In this document: one piece after another, positions 57,756 through 64,000 of the stretch
Position numbering within the stretch: the stretch's first letter is position 1
How the letters are laid out: every line of letters begins with the position of its first letter
Assembly: GCA_030605415.1 (NCBI GenBank)
Contig: JAUWIJ010000001.1
Coordinates: 568-64,567, forward strand
Length of the DNA: 64,000 bases
Reading direction: 5' to 3'
Source: an archaeon
Lineage (GTDB): Archaea > Nanobdellota > Nanobdellia > Pacearchaeales > GW2011-AR1
The notes under the pieces: model-generated
Told to the model about the DNA's origin: nothing
What the model saw: only the letters and a program-made list of their open reading frames with translations
The model's database searches: none
Translations under genes and position numbers: made by a program

Positions 57756-58982
57756 AATAGATTCTCCAACATCTTTTCTTTTACATTCCATTTCTTGTGT
57801 CCGAGCACCCACCCAAGTTTTATCAAAGCAGTTTCTGAAAGCATTCCCCCGAGAAAAATAATTCCAGTTTTTTGTAACTCTCGTCCTGTAGAATACACAT
57901 TTGGATTAAGTTGTCCGTAAATAGTTTGTGGCGTTGCGCAAATTGTGATTCCGTTTTGAATCGCCTTTTTAATTTTTGGAAGCCAATTTGTCGAGGATTG
58001 TTTTCCCGGGACTTGTCCTAATCCAGTGACTTCTAAAATTATTCCTTTGTATCCTTGTTGTTCATAATATTCTAAAATTGCTGGGTCTTGTCCTGGGTGA
58101 ATTTTTATTAGCGTAACTTTATCTGAAAATTTTATATCTATTTTTGATTTGTTATTCGAACGAGCATTGAAGGTTTTTAATATATTTATTTTATCTGGGG
58201 TGATTTCTGCAATAGGAGTGTCGTTAATTATTTTGAAAGCGTCTCGTTTTGAGGTGTGCATTTTTCTGACTTTGGTTGCGGGCATTGCTAAACAAATTTC
58301 ATCGTTTGTATTTTTGTGTCCGACTAGTGCGATTTCTGCGATGTCTGATGTTGCGTATTTTGCTGAGCAAATTAAGTTGAGGGCGGCGTCGGTTGAGGCT
58401 CGGTCGATGGAACGTTGGGAATATGTTAGGGCAATTGGTTTGTTGAGTTTTTGAATGAAAAAAGATAATGCCGCGGCGGTGTAATGCAAAGTGTCGGTTC
58501 CGTGTGTGATAATTATTCCCTTGATTGATTTGTCGTTTAAATATAGTTCACAAGTTTCGGCTAATCTTTTCCAATCTTTTGGATCCATGTCCTCAGAGAA
58601 TTTCATAAACGGGCTGACAATTATTGGATTGCAAATGTTTTTTATTTCTGGCGCGATGTCTAATATTGCTTCTTTATCGGTCGAGATTACTCCACCCGTT
58701 TTTGAATCAAGCCGAGAAGAAATTGTTCCGCCTGTAATGACAAAAACTACGTTGGGTAATTTTTGTAGGACGCTTCGCTGGTAGGACGCTTCGCTGGTAG
58801 GACGCTTTCTCCAGAATTGTTGCATCAAGAATTTCACCTTCCCGTATTCCAATGTTATAACCACTTGGTAATTTTAGGAGAATTATTTCAGGGTCGTGAG
58901 ACTCAAGAATATATCCCTCCCACGTTCTATTCTTGGTTTGGATTTTTACTTTGTCTCCAGGTGCGAATGCTTTTATTTCCAT
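57752..58982 (-). CDS. gatD: Glu-tRNA(Gln) amidotransferase subunit D, frameshifted at a 16-bp tandem repeat
   Basis: KLPSGYNIG in the N-terminal frame; TGGTISSR, HGTDT, QRSIDR, KMHTSKRDAF in a second frame. Confidence 0.9.
58765..58807. repeat. 16-bp tandem repeat GTAGGACGCTTCGCTG (about 2.7 copies)
   Basis: Directly visible; lies at the gatD frame switch. Confidence 0.9.
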
Positions 58983-59090
58983 AGAATAGATAGTTTGAGA
59001 AGATATAAAAAGGTTTCCGACGGAACCAAGGTTCCCTACAGGTAGCCTCCTTTGAGTTAGATTAATAAATGAGAGTTTCTATAAAATTTT

Positions 59091-60554
59091 ATGAAAACCA
59101 AAACATTTCCCATAAAAATTGGCTTAGAAATCCACGGATATTTAGACACGAAAGAAAAGTTATTTTGTATGTGCTTAGTTTCGGGGTGTCGGTGTTCGGG
59201 GGTCGGAGGGTCGGAAGATATACCTAACTCGAGAATCTGCCCAATTTGCACAGGGACGCCGGGGTCAAAACCAATGGCACCTAATATTGAAGCAGTTAAA
59301 AAAATGATTCAGATTGCATTGGTCTTTGGGTCGAAAATTAGTTTTGAAACGACCTGGCAGAGGAAACATTATAACTGGGCAGATTTGCCGAAGGGATATC
59401 AGACGACAATTTCCGGAGCGCACGCGACGCCAAATGCTGTCGGGGGAAAATTTAAAGGGATTAATCTGACTGAGTTGCATCTTGAGGAAGACCCGGCGCA
59501 GTGGAATCCGGATTCGGGGAAAATTAATTATAATCGTTCGGGGTTACCCCTGATTGAGATTGTGACCGAGCCGGAGTTTTCGGATTCGGAGCAGGTTGTT
59601 GAGTGGCTAAAGAGTTTAATTTTATCTTTGAGTTATATTAAGGCAGTTCGAAAGAACGCGGGAATCAAAGTTGATGTAAATATTTCGACTTACGGCGAGC
59701 GGGTTGAGATGAAGAATTTGAATTCGTTGGAGAAGATTCGGAAAGCGATTGATTATGAAATTTTGAGACAAGTTGAAGCTAACGAGAAAGGAGAAGTTCA
59801 GAAAATGGAGACACTTGCGTTTGATGAGAAACTTGGCAAGACAATTAAGATGAGGTCGAAGGAAGGGGCGGCGGATTATAGGTTTATTCCCGACCCTGAT
59901 TTGCTTACGATTAAAATAGATAAAAAAATGGTCAATAAAATTAAATCGGAATTACCTGAGATGCCTGAAGTTAAATTGGCTAAACTACTGAAGACACATA
60001 AAGTTGACAAAAAGAATGCTGAGGTATTGACAAGAAATTTAGAACTGGTTGAGTTTTTTGAAAAATTAGCTATGATTACTGCACCCAAGGGTGTACCTCC
60101 TGCCCAGATGGCATCCGCTAAAGCGGACAAGGTCGGCAATGTGAATAAAAATTTGTCGTGGGTGACGATTGAATTATTGAGGGTTCTAAATTATAATAAA
60201 AAAACTTTGGAGGATGAGGATGTTGAGATTTTACCTGAGCATTTGGCGGAGTTGATTAAGGCGGTTGAATCGGGGAAGATTACGGTTTTGAAAGGGAAAC
60301 AGATTATGAATGATTTTGTGCCGAAGTCGTTTTCGTTGAAGGAGCATAAGGGAGAGATTGGGAATATTGATGAGGCTGCGATTGAGAATTTGTGTAGGCA
60401 GGTGATTGATGAGAATTTAAAAGTTGTTGATGAGTATAAATCTGGGAAGGGTGCGTCGTTGAATTATTTGATTGGGCAGGTTATGAGGTTGTCGGAGAGA
60501 CGGGCAGATTTTAAAGTTGCTGGAGAGATTTTGAAGAGGTTGATTGGGAATTGA
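59091..60554 (+). CDS. gatB: Amidotransferase subunit B with two inserts
   Basis: IGLEIH, CPICTGTPGSKP, HLEED, YNRSGLPLIEIVTEP, DYRFIPDPDL. Confidence 0.95.
   Translation: MKTKTFPIKIGLEIHGYLDTKEKLFCMCLVSGCRCSGVGGSEDIPNSRICPICTGTPGSKPMAPNIEAVKKMIQIALVFGSKISFETTWQRKHYNWADLPKGYQTTISGAHATPNAVGGKFKGINLTELHLEEDPAQWNPDSGKINYNRSGLPLIEIVTEPEFSDSEQVVEWLKSLILSLSYIKAVRKNAGIKVDVNISTYGERVEMKNLNSLEKIRKAIDYEILRQVEANEKGEVQKMETLAFDEKLGKTIKMRSKEGAADYRFIPDPDLLTIKIDKKMVNKIKSELPEMPEVKLAKLLKTHKVDKKNAEVLTRNLELVEFFEKLAMITAPKGVPPAQMASAKADKVGNVNKNLSWVTIELLRVLNYNKKTLEDEDVEILPEHLAELIKAVESGKITVLKGKQIMNDFVPKSFSLKEHKGEIGNIDEAAIENLCRQVIDENLKVVDEYKSGKGASLNYLIGQVMRLSERRADFKVAGEILKRLIGN
60082..60141 (+). repeat. 60-bp structured coding element, copy in gatB
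   Basis: 56/60 identical to 31968-32027. Confidence 0.92.
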
Positions 60555-60649
60555 GTTGATGAAGATTTTAAAGAATGAGAAGTTGGCGAGATTATGACTT
60601 GGTAAAACCGATGGGATAATCTTATAAAGTCCCGATTGTTAGTTGGTTC

Positions 60650-60823
60650 ATGGGTGATGAAATTGTTAAGACTCCTGATGTAGCAAATACTCCAGCTGCA
60701 GCAAAGACTTCCGATGTTGCAAATACCCCAGCCGTTGAGGGGACAAGCAAGAAGTGGATTTTTTGGGCTGTCGGGGCTGCTGTGGTGATTGTGGCGTTGC
60801 TGTTAGTTTGGATGTTTATATAA
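60650..60823 (+). CDS. Small tail-anchored membrane protein, 57 aa (not in the ORF track)
   Basis: KTxDVANTPA x2 then KKW plus TM helix; TTATAAA about 25 nt upstream. Confidence 0.65.
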   Translation: MGDEIVKTPDVANTPAAAKTSDVANTPAVEGTSKKWIFWAVGAAVVIVALLLVWMFI

Positions 60824-60878
60824 AAATGCTATTACTGCGATTAGAAAGTTCTAAAAATAGCTGTTGCCAGTAAAGAGT

Positions 60879-61345
60879 ATGGAAATTAGGAAAGCTACAA
60901 TCAGAGATTTAAAGAGAATTCAAGATTTGAATTTTTTACTTTTTGAGAAAGAGAAAAAAGAGTATGACAAGTTTCTGAATATGGATTGGACTTTTGGCGA
61001 AAAGGGAACGAAATGTTTTAAAATCATTTAACTAAAGAAAATTCTTGCGCTTTTGTTGTTGAGGATAATGGAAAAATTATTGGATATTTAGCAGGGGGCG
61101 AGATTAAAGCAGAAAATTATAGGAATATTTCTAAAATAGTGGAATTAGATAATATGTTTGTTTTGGAAGAATATCGTGAAAGGGGTGTTGGTGGAATGTT
61201 ACACGATGCTTTTGTTAAATGGTGTAAAGGGAGAGGAGTTAAGGTATTAAGAGTTGAAGCTTCGGCGGAAAATAAACAAGCTATTGGATTTTATAGGAAG
61301 AGAGGATTTGGAGATTGTAGTTTGGTTTTAGAGAGGGAGATTTGA
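60879..61345 (+). pseudogene. GNAT acetyltransferase with a 1-nt frameshift near 61020
   Basis: MEIRKATIRDL... stops at about 61031; continues in another frame to YRERGVG and FYRKRGF. Confidence 0.75.
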
Positions 61346-61551
61346 TGAAACAAATACAAATAAACAAAATATTGAAAGAGAATAAGGATTTGTTTGATAC
61401 TCTGGAGAGGCATGACGAAACGATGGAGTTGCCTTTTCAGAGAAAGAAGATAAACCTAACTTTGTCAGTTGAAATTATTAACAAACTTAAACAGATGAGG
61501 GAAAAAACCGGAAAGCCGATTTCGCAGATTATAGAGGAAAAGTTTGTGTAA
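61345..61551 (+). CDS. Ribbon-helix-helix-like small protein
   Basis: KKINLTLSVEIINKL...GKPISQIIE. Confidence 0.65.
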   Translation: MKQIQINKILKENKDLFDTLERHDETMELPFQRKKINLTLSVEIINKLKQMREKTGKPISQIIEEKFV

Positions 61552-61582
61552 AGTTTTTAAAGCTGGTTTGGGTAATATTTTT

Positions 61583-62236
61583 ATGGAAAAAGAATATTAT
61601 TGTTCAAAATGTAAAGAAAATATAGATAAAAAAGTTTATGAGTATTCTAAGAAAAATTGTGGAAAGGTTTTGTGTCGTGGGTGTCAAGAAGGTTTTGTTT
61701 TGAAGGTGAAAGATGTCAAGAAGGATGTGGAAAAAAATGGTGAAAAATCTGGATTGAGTAATAAGCAAAGTAGCTACAGGGAAAATATGATTAAGGGAAG
61801 AATAGCGGAAACACTTATTGAAGAACTGTTTTTGTCCTTAGATTACGACGTTTTTAGATATGGAATGGAGAATACAGTTCCAGGAATTATGAAATTACTC
61901 AAGGGCGTTAAGGGGGATGTTGCTACAAATATTAGAAGAATGCCAGATTTTGTGATTAAGAAAGGTGAGGATGTATTTTTTGTTGAGGTTAAATTTAGAG
62001 CGAATGAAACTTTTACAAAAAAGAATTTACCTGAAGATTATCCTTTTCTGAATGCATATTTTATTGTTGTATCTAAAAAGCATATTAAATGTATTACTTA
62101 TGCAGAACTGATAGAGGGAAAAGAAGTAACTCCAGCATCTAAAAACTACTTAGGAAGTAGAAAAGAATTTGACTTAGACAAAGAAGTGATTATTGATTTC
62201 TGTAAATTTGCTGTTAAATTTTTTGAAAATGTATAA
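61583..62236 (+). CDS. Zn-finger plus PD-(D/E)xK nuclease-like protein
   Basis: CSKC...CRGC; GRIAE, MPDF, VEVK. Confidence 0.6.
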   Translation: MEKEYYCSKCKENIDKKVYEYSKKNCGKVLCRGCQEGFVLKVKDVKKDVEKNGEKSGLSNKQSSYRENMIKGRIAETLIEELFLSLDYDVFRYGMENTVPGIMKLLKGVKGDVATNIRRMPDFVIKKGEDVFFVEVKFRANETFTKKNLPEDYPFLNAYFIVVSKKHIKCITYAELIEGKEVTPASKNYLGSRKEFDLDKEVIIDFCKFAVKFFENV

Positions 62237-62278
62237 AAAATTTAAAATAAAAAAAATAAATTTAAAACATAAAGATTA

Positions 62279-62734
62279 TTAGTCTTTGTCTTTATCGTCT
62301 TCAGCGTCTTCCTTAGCTTCTTCAGCTGTTTCGATGTCTTCTTCGTCGTCTTCAGCGTCGGAATTATCGTCAACTACTTCTGGAGCTTCATCTTTAGCGT
62401 TATCTTCATTGATAACTGATGAGTCTGCCATTGGAGCTTCTGCTGATTCTTCTGACCGGTTTGAATCGTTGTATCTTGGCGCATTGTCCCGTGGAACCAT
62501 TGGTTTTGCCTCACTAACTGTTAGAGCTCGACCTTCGATATCTTTCTCGTGCATTTCAGAGATTGCTTTTTTAGCTGCCTCGTCGTCCGCGATAGTTACA
62601 AATCCGAATCCTTTAGATCTACCCGAGTATTTATCTTTGATTAACACTGCTTCTTCTACATCAAAAGACGCGAAAAGTTCCTTTAGCGCTTTATCATCAA
62701 CCGACCAAGGCAGATTACCTACGTATAATTTCAT
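62279..62734 (-). CDS. RRM RNA-binding protein with an acidic tail
   Basis: RNP2 LYVGNL, RNP1 KGFGFV. Confidence 0.92.
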   Translation of the reverse strand: MKLYVGNLPWSVDDKALKELFASFDVEEAVLIKDKYSGRSKGFGFVTIADDEAAKKAISEMHEKDIEGRALTVSEAKPMVPRDNAPRYNDSNRSEESAEAPMADSSVINEDNAKDEAPEVVDDNSDAEDDEEDIETAEEAKEDAEDDKDKD

Positions 62735-62826
62735 ATTTTCCTCCTGTGTTATTTAATAATTTTAATAGAATTCTCATTTGGGCTCTTGGTCATTTACATA
62801 ATTTCATAGAAAGAGGCTTTTTAAAG

Positions 62827-63942
62827 TTAATGCATAAATTGCAAAATAATGCCCATAATAAAAACTAGCGATAAAATAACTATTAGTGCCCAATTTAGCG
62901 GAACTTCAATTTCCGGCTTTTTATTGTTTCGCGTGTTAGACTTCGCCCTTTTAGCAATTAGAAGAATTAATATTCCAGTCAGTCCGCCCGAGATTACACC
63001 ACCAATACTCAAGACTAAAGCAAAACTGATAAAGTCAAACTGAGTTACCAGAACATAAAAGATTAACGGAACCAGCGACGCAAAAAGAAATCTTTTTTTC
63101 TTAGATGCTTTAATATCATATTTGAATGTATTTAAGAGGGAAAACGAAAGAACGAAATAAGACGTTAACATCGTAAAAATTCCGAGTATTGTTACAACAG
63201 GACCGAACGATAAAGTCGCGATTTGTGTAATATCCGTGCCGAAAACTCCGACAAAAACTGCACTAAAAATAACATAGAGAACAATTGGAATCAAACTACC
63301 GAGGATAATTGCTCGTTTAAGGAGTTTCTCCTGGCCCCTAATTTCCCGACGAAGTTCTGGGATTGACGTAAACCCGAGAAGAGCAAACATAACGACCCCG
63401 ATTGGAGTTATAAAATTTGCCGAATTCCATGTCGCCAGATTTGCCGGGTTTACCAACGGAACAAATCTAATAAAAATACCCAAGATGATTACAATAATTG
63501 CGATGACACCCCACGTTTCAATTTTCTTTAATCCCTTCAGCCCTTCTCTCAAAAGCAAAGTCATAACGAGCCAGAACATTATACCGAAGATAATTGGCGG
63601 AATATCGCCCGGCAAAAGTTTAGACAAAGATTCACCCTCCCCGATAAGATAAGCCATAAGCGCAGAATAAATACCAAAAATCATTGCAAAAAACATCGCT
63701 CGCCTGCCCCATTTGCCCAAATATTTCTCAGCATAACCCGAAAGCTGATGTCTACCCCGCGTCCGCAACGTGATTTCCCCAAGTGTTAAATTTATAAAAA
63801 GTGCCACTGCACCGAGGACAACCAGCCAAAACAAACCTGCAATAAAACCCGATTTCGCAAAAACATATGGCAACCCCAAAATACCCGCGCCTATAATAGA
63901 ACCCGAAAGCGTAAAAGTCGTTGCCCAAAATTTTTTATTCAC
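62827..63942 (-). CDS. Aromatic amino acid permease-like transporter
   Basis: IIGAGILGLP; about 11 TM segments. Confidence 0.85.
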   Translation of the reverse strand: MNKKFWATTFTLSGSIIGAGILGLPYVFAKSGFIAGLFWLVVLGAVALFINLTLGEITLRTRGRHQLSGYAEKYLGKWGRRAMFFAMIFGIYSALMAYLIGEGESLSKLLPGDIPPIIFGIMFWLVMTLLLREGLKGLKKIETWGVIAIIVIILGIFIRFVPLVNPANLATWNSANFITPIGVVMFALLGFTSIPELRREIRGQEKLLKRAIILGSLIPIVLYVIFSAVFVGVFGTDITQIATLSFGPVVTILGIFTMLTSYFVLSFSLLNTFKYDIKASKKKRFLFASLVPLIFYVLVTQFDFISFALVLSIGGVISGGLTGILILLIAKRAKSNTRNNKKPEIEVPLNWALIVILSLVFIMGIILQFMH

Positions 63943-64000
63943 TTTAATTACCTAATTTATTTAAGAATTGGAGATTTTTAAGAGTTTGGGGGATGCACTA

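Noticed and set aside
16838..60141. Coding inserts as BHB-type mRNA introns
   Set aside because: I could not find bulge-helix-bulge motifs at the junctions by eye and most inserts preserve the frame; needs RT-PCR to exclude fully
61010..61035. Programmed -1 frameshift in the GNAT gene
   Set aside because: TGT TTT AAA ATC does not fit an in-frame X XXY YYZ slippery site; a mutation or sequencing error is more likely
62286..62756. 156-aa Ser-rich plus-strand ORF and other antisense ORFs in the track
   Set aside because: Shadows of well-supported genes on the opposite strand

Overview
AT-rich archaeal chromosomal segment, most likely from a small-genome DPANN archaeon (Pacearchaeota-like; inferred from gene content). 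Archaeal markers are aCPSF1/FttA, proteasome beta, aIF-2beta, aIF-1A, GatDE, class I CCA enzyme, archease/RtcB, an intron-containing tRNA-Asn and TATA promoters. The core genes cover tRNA maturation and transamidation, translation, FtsZ and an OapABC/ArvABC-like GTPase operon, interleaved with small accessory islets. Main observations: (1) a compact RiPP-like cluster (radical SAM/SPASM with a C-terminal RRE-like domain, HExxH peptidase, and an unannotated 59-aa six-Cys precursor at 438-617); (2) short structured or heptamer repeat elements found both between genes and inside seven tRNA-processing enzymes (in frame in six, frameshifting in gatD), including one 60-bp element shared by cca and gatB; (3) accessory genes repeatedly bracketed by duplicated fragments of neighbouring gene ends, plus a palindrome-bounded fic cassette; (4) candidate new ncRNAs (a triple-UUCG sRNA, a CRISPR-repeat-like array in the ftsZ leader, tRNA-derived tandem repeats); (5) tail-fibre-like surface proteins sharing a near-identical promoter/signal cassette, and a Cys-rich surface-protein operon coupled to the GTPase. 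All functional calls come from motif recognition by eye; no searches were run.
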